Shown in pieces: positions 1 through 10,719 of a DNA stretch of 64,000 nucleotides. The translations under genes were made by a program, and so were the position numbers. Origin of the DNA: Octopus sinensis (lineage: Eukaryota); the NCBI RefSeq assembly GCF_006345805.1, contig NC_043022.1:15872001-15936000 (forward strand), in the 5' to 3' direction. The notes beneath the pieces are model-generated. The model was not told where the DNA came from and ran no database searches. It saw only the letters and a program-made list of their open reading frames with translations. The first letter of the stretch is position 1, and every line of letters begins with the position of its first letter.

Positions 1-228
1 TGTGTGTGTCTGTGTATATATATATAATGATTGTGTTTGTATCTGTGCCCCCAACATAGCTTGACAACCGATGCTGGTGTGTTTACGTCCCCGTAACTTA
101 GCGGTTCGGCCAAAGGGACCGATAGAATAAGTACTAGGCTTACAAAGAATAAGTCCTGGGGTCGACTTGCTCGACTAAAGGCGGTGCTCCAGCATGGCCA
201 CAGTCACATAACTGAAACAAGTAAAAGC
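1..228 (+). mobile_element. SINE family A, 3' half
   Basis: TTGACAACCGATGCTGGTGTGTTTACG...GCGGTGCTCCAGCATGGCC...GAAACAAGTAAAAG shared with many copies. Confidence 0.85.
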
Positions 229-804
229 GTATTAACATTTGTTGTTTCTAATTAAAATTGCTTGGCGGTATTTCGTTTGTTTTTACGTTCTGAGTTCAAA
301 TTCCGCCGAGGCCGACTCTGCCTTTCATCCTTTCGGGATCGATAAATTATGTACCACTTGCATACTAGTGTCGATCTAATCGACTGCCCCGCTCCCCCAA
401 AATTTCGAGCCTTCTGCCTAGAGTATAAAATCGTGCTATACAAATTACAGTTTTTGACCAAATAAATGAAAGTTAACCCTTACATATTTACATTTTCAAA
501 AATTGCTGTTTTTTTCTCAAATACAACGAAAAGCAAAGCTAAAAGAAGTCTGGCAGAAAATTACAAACGAAAAGTGTAGATTATACTTACGATTCAAAAA
601 AGTCTATTTGTACACCATTCTAGTGTTCAATTTTCTAAAATTATATTGAATTCATCATGTATGCAAAAAATGCCTTATAAATTTGGAGAGTGTGTTTTTA
701 TAGTTGGCAGTCTTTGGGGATTGTGTTAAGACGAAATCGTTTACCCACACACTGACATAAAGAAATTAGGCTGAGAAAGAGGGTGAATGTCATTTTTTTT
801 TTCT

Positions 805-1980
805 TCAGATTATTCTGATGCTTGTTCCTCCGTTGGTTGTGGTGAATTTGCGATGTCTCTCTAAATTAACTCTTGACACGTTGACTTTTATTTTCGAACA
901 GTATCCTCTATCTTCGAGCCTTTTAAATACCCAAAGTCTCCTGTTATCAAGGGAGTAATAGTTTCCTTCGTGTAGTGCGACAGTTATGGTTGGAAAGTCT
1001 CCGATACTTTTTCTACCGGCCCTTATAGCTTTCACTGTGTCCTCAAGACTAGCACCACGGTAAAACTTTCGTCGAATGGAACTTTGTGAAAACCGAATTT
1101 CTGATGGTTTTAGTTCCATACTTGATGGCATTCGTGTCATTTCAGATAATTTTACTTCCATTTCTGATGGTTCTAATTCCACTTCTGATGGTTTTACTTC
1201 CATTTCTGATGGTTCTAATTCCACTTCTGATGGTTTAAATTCCACTTCTGATGGTTTTACTTCCACTTCTGATGGTTTTACTTCCATTTCTGATGGTTCT
1301 AATTCCACTTCTGATGGTTCTAATTCCACTTCTGATGGTTTTAATTCCACTTCTGATGGTTTAAATTCCGTTTTTGATGGTTTTAATTCCACTTCTGATG
1401 GTTTTACTTCCATTTCTGATGGTTTAAATTCTGTTTTTGATGGTTTTACTTCCATTTCTGATGGTTTTACTTCCATTTCTGATGGTTTAAATTCCGTTTT
1501 TGATGGTTTTACTTCCATTTCTGATGGTTTAAATTCCGTTTTTGATGGTTTTACTTCCGTTTCTGATGGTTTTACTTCCATTTCTGATGGTTTAAATTCC
1601 GTTTTTGATGGTTTTAATTCCACTTCTGATGGTTTTAATTCCACTTCTGATGGTTCTAATTCCACTTCTGATGGGTTAAATTCCGTTTCTGATGGTTTTA
1701 ATTCCATTTCTGATGGTTTTAATTCCACTTCTGATGGTTTTAATCCCATTTCTGATGGTTTTACTTCCACTTCTGATGGTTTAAATTCCGTTTCTGATGG
1801 TTCTAATTCCATTTCTGATGGTTTTACTTCCACTTCTGATGGTTTTAATTCCATTTCTGATGGTTTTACTTCCACTTCTGATGGTTTTAATTCCACTTCT
1901 GATGGTTTAAATTCCACTTCTGATGGTTTAAATTCCACTTCTGATAGTTTTAATTCCACTTCTAATGGTTTTACTTCCAT
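805..1980 (-). CDS. Intronless gene: N-terminal heptad-repeat array fused to a ~100-aa ParB/sulfiredoxin-like domain (391 aa from first ATG)
   Basis: Open frame 805-2022. First in-frame ATG is at 1980 in GAAATGG context (the track's 2022 start is GTG). Non-repetitive C-terminus IRFSQSSI...FPTITV...YYSLDNRRLWVFKRLE...RKFTTTNGGTSIRII looks like a folded domain. TATA+Inr lie upstream with no intervening ATG. Fold assignment is inference. Confidence 0.75.
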   Translation of the reverse strand: MEVKPLEVELKLSEVEFKPSEVEFKPSEVELKPSEVEVKPSEMELKPSEVEVKPSEMELEPSETEFKPSEVEVKPSEMGLKPSEVELKPSEMELKPSETEFNPSEVELEPSEVELKPSEVELKPSKTEFKPSEMEVKPSETEVKPSKTEFKPSEMEVKPSKTEFKPSEMEVKPSEMEVKPSKTEFKPSEMEVKPSEVELKPSKTEFKPSEVELKPSEVELEPSEVELEPSEMEVKPSEVEVKPSEVEFKPSEVELEPSEMEVKPSEVELEPSEMEVKLSEMTRMPSSMELKPSEIRFSQSSIRRKFYRGASLEDTVKAIRAGRKSIGDFPTITVALHEGNYYSLDNRRLWVFKRLEDRGYCSKIKVNVSRVNLERHRKFTTTNGGTSIRII

Positions 1981-2022
1981 TTCTGATGGTTTAAACTCTG
2001 TTTCTGATGATTTTAGTTCCAC
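1099..2022 (-). repeat. Coding 21-bp tandem array, 44 units (consensus approx. RTGGAA(T/G)TAAAACCATCAGAA)
   Basis: 924 bp = 44 x 21 with no frame-breaking indel or stop; translates as 44 heptads, unit 43 diverged (MTRMPSS). Confidence 0.95.
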
Positions 2023-2208
2023 TTCCTTTCTCTCTCTTTATATATGTATATATATATATGCTCAGTCAGTCACAAAAGCAATAAGTATTTAGTCCAACTC
2101 AAAACCCAACCCAGTTAGGCCTTCGCTATAATGATACAAAATTAAACCAAGTGCAGTTTCTAGTTCTTCTTAGCTTGGATCTACACACTTTGTCTCTCTC
2201 CAATGTGA

Positions 2209-2242
2209 TAATGAAACCACCACCTACTTGACAGCTTTTATA
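2209..2242 (-). promoter_or_regulatory. Core promoter: TATA box (TATAAAAG, 2242-2235) plus initiator (TCATTA, +1 A at 2212)
   Basis: First T of TATA is 30 nt upstream of the Inr A, the canonical spacing; oriented toward the 805-1980 ORF. Confidence 0.55.
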
Positions 2243-2623
2243 TTCGAACATCATAGTGAAAGTAAAACGACTTTTCCTAGAAATATGACTTCCGTTTTGT
2301 TTCATAGACACAGAGTGGTGGGGGCTGAGGGGTGTGTGGTTCTCCAGAAGCTAAGAAGTGCGCCCTTCTAAATAATGTTATTGCGTCCCTTTAAGTTTGG
2401 TACTAAATCAGTGTCTTTTGCTACATCACTATGTACATTCGTGTTAGTGTCTGTGTGCATGTGTCTGTGTGCATGAACGTGTAAAAGAGTGAGTTTACTA
2501 ATAACTTGCACATTATGATCTATAAAAGAAAGTCGCAGCTATCTTCGGTGGTTTCACAGTTCTCTATCTCTCTCTCTCTCTCTCTCTCTCGTGTGTGTGT
2601 AAGAAAAACCCACCTAAAACTAA

Positions 2624-3600
2624 CCCTTTCGTTACAATATTTCTGACCAAAATACACCCCTCGTGAGTTTCAATTAAATTCTAAAATAATCATGAATTTA
2701 GACTAGTTTCATTAAACAACTGTAACCTTTTTTACTTATCAACATATTAATGTGATATTTGGAACATAATTAAAAAAAGGGTTCTTAATTTTATTGCATA
2801 AGTTTTGTCTTAAAGGGACTTTAATTACAGATAAATCCAGGTAAACTGAGAAAAAGGTAAAATATCAATATTTTGTTTAAACATCACCATAGAAAATGAA
2901 TCATCAGCTAATATTCAAATGGGTATGCAACAAAATTTTGACATAGAAGAATTGTGCACATCACTAGATCACCAGTTGAATTTAATGCACAACTGAACAG
3001 GTGTACCATAAAGGTGAAATAAACTGAAATACTGGAATCCACCTAAATCCACCGCAAGTTTGACCGAACTAAAGAAATCGGTCAAAAAATAATATACGGC
3101 CCTGGTTATGGTATGGAAGTGATAAATTCCAGACCACATCGTACCCTAGGCCATGCTGACTAACATTATTTTCCCTGTAGTACGCAGCATCTGCTTCACA
3201 AATTTTCCAAACTTTGATCCCTCATTTTGTGTTTGTTTACAATCTGCGAAACAGTTTGTTTCCACAGTGATCGCTTCCTAAGAAAGACTCAGAAAAATTG
3301 CTAATAAAAACATTTTTTAAAGTTTTTACTTCATTCCAATGTAAAATCGTCTTTGCTGTCGCTATCCCAGCTTTCAGTTTCTTCAGAATCGCTGCTTTCG
3401 GTTTCAGATACGGAAATATCCCATTCATTCTCGTACACCATGTTCTTTTGTACCTCATTCATTCTTTTTCTCGATATCTCCATATTCTCCGTTGAAAAAC
3501 CTTTAGATTCGGAATCACTGCTTGATAGCATGAAACTCCTATCCATTTTCAAAGTTGAAAAAGAAAAAAATCGAACCGAAAAAATGTGGGGAAAAAAGTC
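2624..3600 (-). mobile_element. Decayed, internally deleted piggyBac-type DNA transposon
   Basis: Terminus CTAA|CCCTTTCGTTAC at 2620-2635. Minus-strand remnants with stops/frameshifts: K*GIKVW, CEAD, SQHGLGYDVVWNLSLPYHNQGRILFFDRF/FSSVKLAVDL (3030-3230; matches the DNxFTS catalytic motif), acidic Ser-rich N-terminus (3331-3546), FVAY end near 2925. Confidence 0.75.
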
Positions 3601-3735
3601 TCCCAAAATTCACTGTTATTTTGAATTATTCGGGTCCAGAAGGAGTCTCCACAATATTTGATTGCAACTTAGTAAATTTTTTAGATACAGTTTTGAAATT
3701 TTGTCAGTGCATACTTTATATACCACTGGTTTATA

Positions 3736-3830
3736 CAGGGGTTGGACAAAATAATGGAAACACCTTAAAATTTCAAACAAATTTATTTTAATATGGAGTA
3801 GGACTGCCTTTGGCAATAATTACAATTTAT
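3736..3830 (+). mobile_element. Tc1-like terminal fragment
   Basis: TA|CAGGGGTTGGACAAAATAATGGAAACACC, a typical Tc1-family TIR start; no partner TIR seen. Confidence 0.55.
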
Positions 3831-4174
3831 TACCTTGTCCAGGTTGTTTTGCATACTTTCAACAAATGTGACCTCGAAATCATGCGTAAACGGCTTCTTT
3901 TTCCAGAAAAAGGGAAGATTTGGCTGCTATTTCTAGCATGTCACCTAACAGCTATTTATGTTCACACCAAAATATTTACTAAATTTTTTCCTTCCATTTA
4001 TTTTTTCCCCACTTTATGGAAGTCAATATTTTCTCTGACATCCATCCCAGCAAGGTCATCAAATGCAACCATATCAATTGACTGTCCCCTCTATTTATGT
4101 AGAGAGAGATGTAGTGAATCGCAGAATTAATTTCGAAAATAGAATATCAATGACTTTTATCTGGTACCAGATAA

Positions 4175-4558
4175 GGCGCAATGACCCAGTGATTAGGGCA
4201 GCGGACTCGCGGTCATAGGATCGCGGTTTCGATTCCCAGACCGGGCGTTGTGAGTGTTTATTGAGCGAAAACACCTAAAGCTCCACGAGGCTCCGGCAGG
4301 GGATAGTGGTGATCCCTGCTGTACTCTTTCACCACAACTTTCTCTCACTCTTACTTCCTGTTTCTGTTGAACCTGTATTTCAAGGGGCCGGCCTTGTCAC
4401 TCTTTGTGTCACGCTGAATATCCCCAAGAACTACGTTAAGGGTGCACGTGTCTGTGGAGTGCTCAGCCACTTACACTTTAATTTCACGAGCAGGCTGTTC
4501 CGTTGATTCGGATCAACCGGAACCCTCATCGTCGTAACCGACGGAGTGCTTCCATCCG
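4175..4558 (+). mobile_element. tRNA-derived SINE, family C (tRNA-Arg-like head; possibly octopus OR type)
   Basis: Head GGCGCAATGACCCAGTGATTAGGGCAGCGGACTCG...TTCGATTCCC with A/B boxes; body repeated at 38156 and elsewhere. Confidence 0.8.
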
Positions 4559-4768
4559 TGGTAAAATGAATAGCATGAATAAATGTACAGAAACTGGTGC
4601 CTAGACAAAAGAACTCAGTTACTAAACAGTATTCTCAGATTTGTTTGCTTTGCTACTATTTGTAACAGGTTGCAAGTCTGTCTTCTTTTTGATTTGTCTG
4701 TGGTGACTAACATATTTATTTTATTTCCCTTTCTTCTTTAGCAGTTTAAGATAGATAACTTTTGATAT

Positions 4769-5075
4769 CATCATCATCATTAGCGTTTAACGTCCGCTTT
4801 CCATGCTAGCATGGGTTGGACGATTTTGACAGAGGGCTGGCGAACCAGATGGCTGCACCAGACTCCAATCTTGACCTAGCAGAGTTTCTACAGCTGGATG
4901 CCCTTCCTGACACCGACTACTCCGAGAGTATAGTGGGTGCTTTTTACGTGCCACCGGCACGGGGGCCAGTCGGACGGTACTGGCAATGACCTTGCTCGAA
5001 TCTTTTTACACATGCCACTGGCACAAGTGCCAGTAAGGCGACGTTCGTAACGATCACGCTCGAATGGTGCCCTTT
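4769..5075 (-). mobile_element. SINE/short element family D with RTE-type 3' tail
   Basis: GGGCATCCAGCTGTAGAAAC...GCTAGCATGGAAAGCGGACGTTAAACG(ATG)n tail and GTGCCGGTGGCACGTAAAAAGCACC subunits. Confidence 0.75.
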
Positions 5076-5082
5076 TATGTGC

Positions 5083-5485
5083 CAATGTTGTTGACAGGGC
5101 TATTAGAGAAAAGAAACAGGCTTGGAAGGACTAGAAGAATGGTGGCAGCAGGGAATTGTATCAGACTGCCAGAAGGGAAGCTAGGAGATAGGTTTATTTA
5201 GCCAGAAGGGAAGCAGATAAGAAAAAATTTGCCAATGTTCTGCACCATGAGAACCAAAGACTTGAGATATTTCATGTTGCAAGACAGTGTGTGAGAGACA
5301 ATTGTGATGTGGTAGGAGAGAAATGTGTTCGCATGGATGATGGTTCTCTTGCGCTAAATGAGGCTGCAAAGAGAGAGGTTTGGAGATGCCACTGTGAAAG
5401 GTTGCTCAATAAAGAAAATGAATAGAAGAAAGAGAGTCTGCCAGATGTCGACCCAACAGAGGGACCAGCTATCCGAGTTGACAGT
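5083..5485 (+). mobile_element. RTE-clade LINE ORF2 fragment (endonuclease-RT linker), pseudogenised
   Basis: NVVDRAIREKKQAWKD*KNGG...LEIFHVARQCVRDNCDVVGEKCVRMDDG...WRCHCERLLNKENE*...EGP; three in-frame stops. Confidence 0.75.
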
Positions 5486-5539
5486 ACATATATACATATA
5501 TACACATTTTTTTTTCTAGTTTCTGCTCCATGTTGCAGC

Positions 5540-6340
5540 CATGCTGATGCACTGCCGCTTTGTGCTTGAAACCCAGGCTATTGCAGTAACTGGTACTGAA
5601 GTGTGATGGCATTGCTGGGATCTTTGGCACTATGCAGTGTCGTCCTGTTCTGACATTGGTGTAGCTTTCAATGTCAAAATTTGGCACAATTCCTTCGAGG
5701 ATCTTCCAGATATATATTACTGCATACCTCTCCCGTCTTCTCTCCAGGGAGTAGAGTCTTAGCTGTTTCAACCTTTCCCAGTAGCTGAGCTGTTGCAAAG
5801 AGACGATCTTCTTTGTGAATCTTCTCTGGATTGCTTCAAGGTCCACTGTTAATTTCACACTGGTGGGTGACCATAGCTGTGAGCAGTAATCCAGGCGGTT
5901 GAGGACGAATGTCCGCCAGAGGACCATCATGGTTTCCTTATCTCTGGTTCTGAATGTTTTTAGGATCCATCCAGCCAGTCGTCTGCACTTTGTCGCCATC
6001 CTGGTAATGTGCACTTGGAAAGAAGTACCATCACTCATTTCGATACCTAGGTCCCTCACTGATTTAGACTCTGGGATTGAAATTCCCTGTAGACCGGTGT
6101 ACCGTGTAAGTTTCATATTCAGTTTTGGATGCTGGTAGTGCAGGGCTTGGAATTTTTCAGCATTAAACTGCATATTATTATCCTCAACCCATCTGTAAAT
6201 TGAGTCCAACTCCTGCTGCAGGTGTATAACATTGCTGGGGTTCTGTGTTTTCTGCAAGACTTTAGTATCATCTGCATAGCTTGCAAGGGTGGCTATCCGG
6301 GCACTTGAGGGCATATCTGAGAGGGCCACTATATATGCCT
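5540..6340 (-). mobile_element. CR1/L2-group LINE, 5'-truncated reverse transcriptase C-terminal fragment
   Basis: YADDTKV, MQFNAEKF, RDLGI, LDYCSQLWSP, LEAIQRRFTK, SYWERLKQLRLYSLERRRER in ORF 5469-6353. Confidence 0.9.
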
Positions 6341-6537
6341 CTGTTACCAACATGAATTAAAATACTTTTATTTATAATTTATTTTGTATGCTAAAAATAT
6401 CTCAATTTCTTTCTTTTGTGTTTTCAGATTTCAAAATAAAGATATAAAAGATAATGGACCTCTAAAGGAGAGAATTGATTTCTCATCATCAATATTATCA
6501 CTGCCATATTGAAAGTTGTGTTTAATGGACATTAAAG

Positions 6538-8116
6538 ATGGCTGCAGTGTTTGAAACGGGCGATGAATCTGCAGACACCTGCAATCAGGTGACTTATGAG
6601 GACAAGATATTTCACAAGGTTGAAAATTTCTTAAATTGTGCCGTAGACAATCACAACCATGTTAAAAATAATGAATCTGATTGGCTGAGCTTGGAAGGAA
6701 CTAAACCAGACACACAAAGCGAACAAGCACAACACCAAATCCATGGTGAAAACTTTTTAAATTCCAAGAATATTTCCAAAGCGAAGCCAGGTCCTGGAAA
6801 TAGGATTTCAAATGGTGTTGTTTGTAGTATGAAAGAATTTCCCCAAAATTCTTGGGATAAAACTTGTAAATTCTCAAAAAAAACAAATTCTCAAATTGAA
6901 CTTGAAGGGAATTCCTCTACTGAATCAGAATCGCTGTCCAAACTCCAAGAAGAAAGCATCGAAACTGAAGTGCCTTCGACATGCAAATCTTTCGACATGT
7001 GGGAAAATACCATTTTAAAGACAGATAATTCCACCAAGAATACTGAAAGTACAAAAGCATTAAACGTTTCCGCGGATGCTGGCAAGCAGGTTAATTGTTT
7101 TAATAATACATATGGTTTCAAGGATGATTTGAAAATGGACTGTGAAGAACCAGTAACAGAGACTAGTCAACTCAAAGATGGTCAGTCATCACCTAGAATC
7201 AATTCTACTTCAGAAGATAAATCGTTCACACCAAATTTTACAGATGACAATGTCAAAACCTCAGAGTCTTCATCATTACTGAATCACGAACATATATATT
7301 CCAAAACTGACAACAGAACTAAATGTGCTGTAGACACATCCTTACCAAATGCACATCGGTTAGCAGAGAATGAAGAAAATGTTTCCAAACTCGAACCGAA
7401 AATGACAAAGAACTGTTTGGAAAATAATTTATCGGGAGGAATGACAAAAAGTGCTGAAAAGCAGCCAAATCCGGACAGGTGTTCAAATATATCTAACTTA
7501 CGCAAACACTGTACACCTTGTCAAGTTATAGTTCAGGATTTCTTCAAAGAGCTGAATATTGATCTTGTGGAATTATCCCGGAATTTCCCAGTGAAACACA
7601 TCCAGAAAAGGCCTCCTGGAAGACCAAGTCTCCTGCGCCAAACAGATATTTCAGAGAATCGATTTTTCCATGATGGCAATCAGGAAATGACAGGTGATGG
7701 TGCCAACAAGAATAACAATAGTGTGAAGACCAAGAGAAAACCAGGAAGAAAATGTAAAAAGCTCTCGGAGAAGAGGAAGCGGACATTCTCGCTGGAATGG
7801 CCAGGTGTGAAAACTTCAGTGACTTTATGGATGAACAGGATAAGTACAAAGAAAAACATTTTAGTGTTGGTGGTGATGATGATGATGATGATGAAGAGGA
7901 AGATAATCTACCACTTATGTCTGTTAAGAATAATCTTCACCAAACTCAAATGTCTGCTTTATTGAGAAACAGCTTAGAGAACTCTGCCGCTGGTGAAACA
8001 GAAAAATATGACAATGTCACTAAGAATAGAGATGTTGAGAAAAAGACTGCCAACACCATTCCTTCATCTACAACTATCAACGGTGTTGAGACACAGCAAT
8101 CAGGATCGCCCAAAGG
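6538..8116 (+). CDS. Zinc-finger gene, first coding exon (low-complexity S/T/N/E/K region, basic KRPPGRPS and KRKPGRKCKK motifs, acidic patch); apparent 1-nt deletion at 7756-7760
   Basis: Acceptor TTTTCAG ends 6427; ATG 6538 with in-frame stop at 6523. ORF 6538-7965 overlaps a -1 frame open from 7758 that ends at donor AAGG|GTAAGT (exon end 8116, phase 2). Confidence 0.75.
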
Positions 8117-8212
8117 GTAAGTCTACACTTTGAGTGCCATATTTTCGTTTGCACTAGCAGACTAATTTTGTTAAAAATTATTTATTTTTAAACATTTTTA
8201 ACTACATAGATA

Positions 8213-8572
8213 TTGGGTTGTCCAAAAAGCTTTTTCAGTTTCTTTAAGCAAAAGCAAGTTTTAAACCCAAAGCAATTTATTCAATCAGTGATCTAATTAC
8301 CATTTCATTCCAGTATCTTCTGGGTAGATCCATTATTCTCTGCTCAAAGAATTTCCTGTCTTTAGACAAAAATTTCTTCCAGGTGTATTTTCATATCTTC
8401 TTCAGAGTTGGTCTGTCCATTCAGTGTATTTTGGTGAGTCCAAAACAGATGGAGATCTGAATGCAGAATACGAACAAGGAGGGTGCCGCAAAACTTCCCA
8501 GCCAACCCCCAGTAATATTAGTCACGTCTGCAAAGAAGTGTGTAGTCTGGTATTGTCATAGTGAAAAACAAT
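8213..8572 (-). mobile_element. mariner transposase 3' relic with TIR
   Basis: IVFHYDNTRLHTSLQT*...GWEVLRHPP (HDNARPH / HPPYSPDL equivalents); TA|TTGGGTTGTCCAAAAAG end at 8211. Confidence 0.75.
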
Positions 8573-8574
8573 TA

Positions 8575-8882
8575 GCAAGTACTGGGCACTTCTGGTGGAC
8601 CACTGCATTTTATCCAAATTGATGGTTCCGTGCCGGTGGCATGTAAAAAGCACCATCCGAACGTGACCGATGCCAACGCTGCCTTGACTGGCTTCTGTGC
8701 CGGTGGAGCATAAAAAGCACCCACTACACTTACGGAGTGGTTGGCATTAGGAAGGGCATCCAGCTGTAGAAACTGTGCCAGATCAGACTGGAGCCTGGTG
8801 CAGCCTCCTGGCTTCCCAGACCCCGGTCGAACTGTCCAACCCATGCTAGCACGGAAAACGGACATTAAACAATGAACGATGA
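8575..8882 (+). mobile_element. SINE family D (RTE tail)
   Basis: Two GTGCCGGTGGCA subunits followed by the shared tail. Confidence 0.7.
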
Positions 8883-10293
8883 ATCTCACCAAATTGACAG
8901 CATAACCTGATTAGGGCGGTTCACCGTGCTTCTCCCTTCACCATTTTGATATTCGAGTTTGGGTTTATAGCAATAACCAAAACATTTGGCATTATATCGT
9001 ACTGGAGACGAAGACCTATCAAGGCAATAAAACCAGTCATGGCAGATACCATGTCACACAAATGGCACCTGTGTCAGTAGTACATAAAACCACTCATTAC
9101 ACCCTCTGGGGTGTAATGAGTGGTTTTCAAAAGCATTCCTACACATGTCCTCCACTCCTTACATTTTTGTGGACATTTTTTTCCTTTTACTGACCCATTT
9201 AGATTTGCTTTTAGTTTCGTCAGTTTTCTTTATTTTCTCTCTTTTTTAATGAATTCGGAAGTAAAATGTACAGGAGTGGCTGTGTGGTAAGTAGCTTGAG
9301 TTCAGTCCCACTGCGTGGCACCTTGTCTTCTACTATAGCCTCGCGCTTTTGTTTTTTTCCCTCATAATATCAAAGGATTATTATTTTGGTAATAATTTGA
9401 CCCTACTGTTGTTTTTCTTCTTCTTCTTCTTCTTCTCTGAAATATGCTTTCTTTTAATAAAAACATTTTTTTCATTATTACTGTGACCTCTTTAGTAGCA
9501 TCCCCCCCCCCCCAATTTTTATTTCTCTCTGCCTATAAATAGAAATGTAACCTTTTCTATAAAACTGAAAGTGTTGATCGTGGAAATACAGCAGCAAAAT
9601 TTATTTGTTAAACCTTCCAACATTTTCTTTGCTGTTTGGTACATAACGGCTGAGGTAAAAAACACAACAAATATCTTACAAACTATAGAATTTTCTCAAT
9701 AAAGCCAAGAGAAAAAGATGTTTTATAAACACATTCTGCCAGTATACGAAGTTTAAAAGTGTTTAGTTACCTAGAAATTATGTTAAAAATTGCCGTTCAA
9801 ACCGAAAAGATCCAAAAAAGTGTGATAAAATAATCTCAAAAGGCATAAAATAAGGACAAAAATAACAAGATTAAATTACAAAAGCATTCAATGTTAGACT
9901 GGATATCATAATTTTAAGGGTTCTAGTCAGGAGATGTAAGATAATTGATGAGTCAAAAGTTTAGTGAGTTAAAAAAGACAACAAATATCTTACAAACTAT
10001 AGAATTTTCTCAATAAAGCCAAGAGAAAAACACATTCTGCCAGTATACGAAGTTTAAAAGTGTTTAGTTACCTAGAAATTATGTTAAAAATTGCCGTTCA
10101 AACCGAAAAGATCCTAAAATAGTTAAATAGTAAGTTAAAAGAAAAAGCCCTGATCGAGGATTATTTAACATTTCATTTTGATTAAAGTGAAAGTAAAGTA
10201 GCTTTCCTTTGTCATTCTTTTTCGAGTGCAAAATAAACTCTGATGCAACGTCTCGCACACACACATATACCCGGATGTGTGTGTGTATCTGTA

Positions 10294-10505
10294 TTACTCT
10301 TTTTACTCTTTTCTTGTTTCAGTCATTTGACTGCGGCCATGCTGGAGCACCGCCTTTAGTCGAGCAAATCGACCCCGGGACTTATTCTTTGTAAGCCCAG
10401 TACTTATTCTATCGGTCTCTTTTGCCGAACCGCTAGATGACGGGGACGTAAACACACACCAGCATCGGTTGTCAAGCAATGCTAGGGGGACAAACACAGA
10501 CACAG

Positions 10506-10550
<45 letters not shown>

Positions 10551-10719
10551 CATATATACGACAGGCTTCTTTCAGTTTCCGTCTACCAAATCCACTCACA
10601 AGGCATTGGTCGGCCCGGGGCTATAGCAGAAGACACTTGCCCAAGATGCCACGCAGTGGGATTGAACCCAGAACCATGTGGTTGGTTAGCAAGCTACTTA
10701 CCACACAGCCACTCCTGCG
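10294..10719 (-). mobile_element. SINE family A, full length (tRNA head, CORE-like block, internal (TA)/(TG) tract, GTAAAAGA tail)
   Basis: Head GGAGTGGCTGTGTGGTAAG...GGTTCAATCCC; CORE-like CTTGGGCAAGTGTCTT. Roughly 30 full or partial copies in the window. Confidence 0.85.

Noticed and set aside
781-810. Acceptor-like TTTTTTTTTTCTTCAG / A-run after the minus-strand stop
   Set aside because: No plus-strand exon follows; only 10 A and no TSD, so not evidence of a retrocopy.
1099-2022. Array as CRISPR (also considered for the 13781 and 32745 arrays)
   Set aside because: Contiguous tandem units without unique spacers, no cas genes, eukaryotic context.
1076-2092. 338-aa plus-strand ORF (SDGFNST repeats)
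   Set aside because: Antisense shadow of the 21-bp array; no unique domain, and the promoter faces the other strand.
4175-4250. tRNA genes at SINE heads (also 19000-19069, 38156)
   Set aside because: No complete cloverleaf or acceptor stem; each runs into a repeated SINE body.
5469-6353. 294-aa ORF as a host gene
   Set aside because: It is a truncated LINE reverse transcriptase.
7797-8120. Separate 107-aa gene
   Set aside because: Better explained as the true continuation of the 6538 exon after a 1-nt indel.
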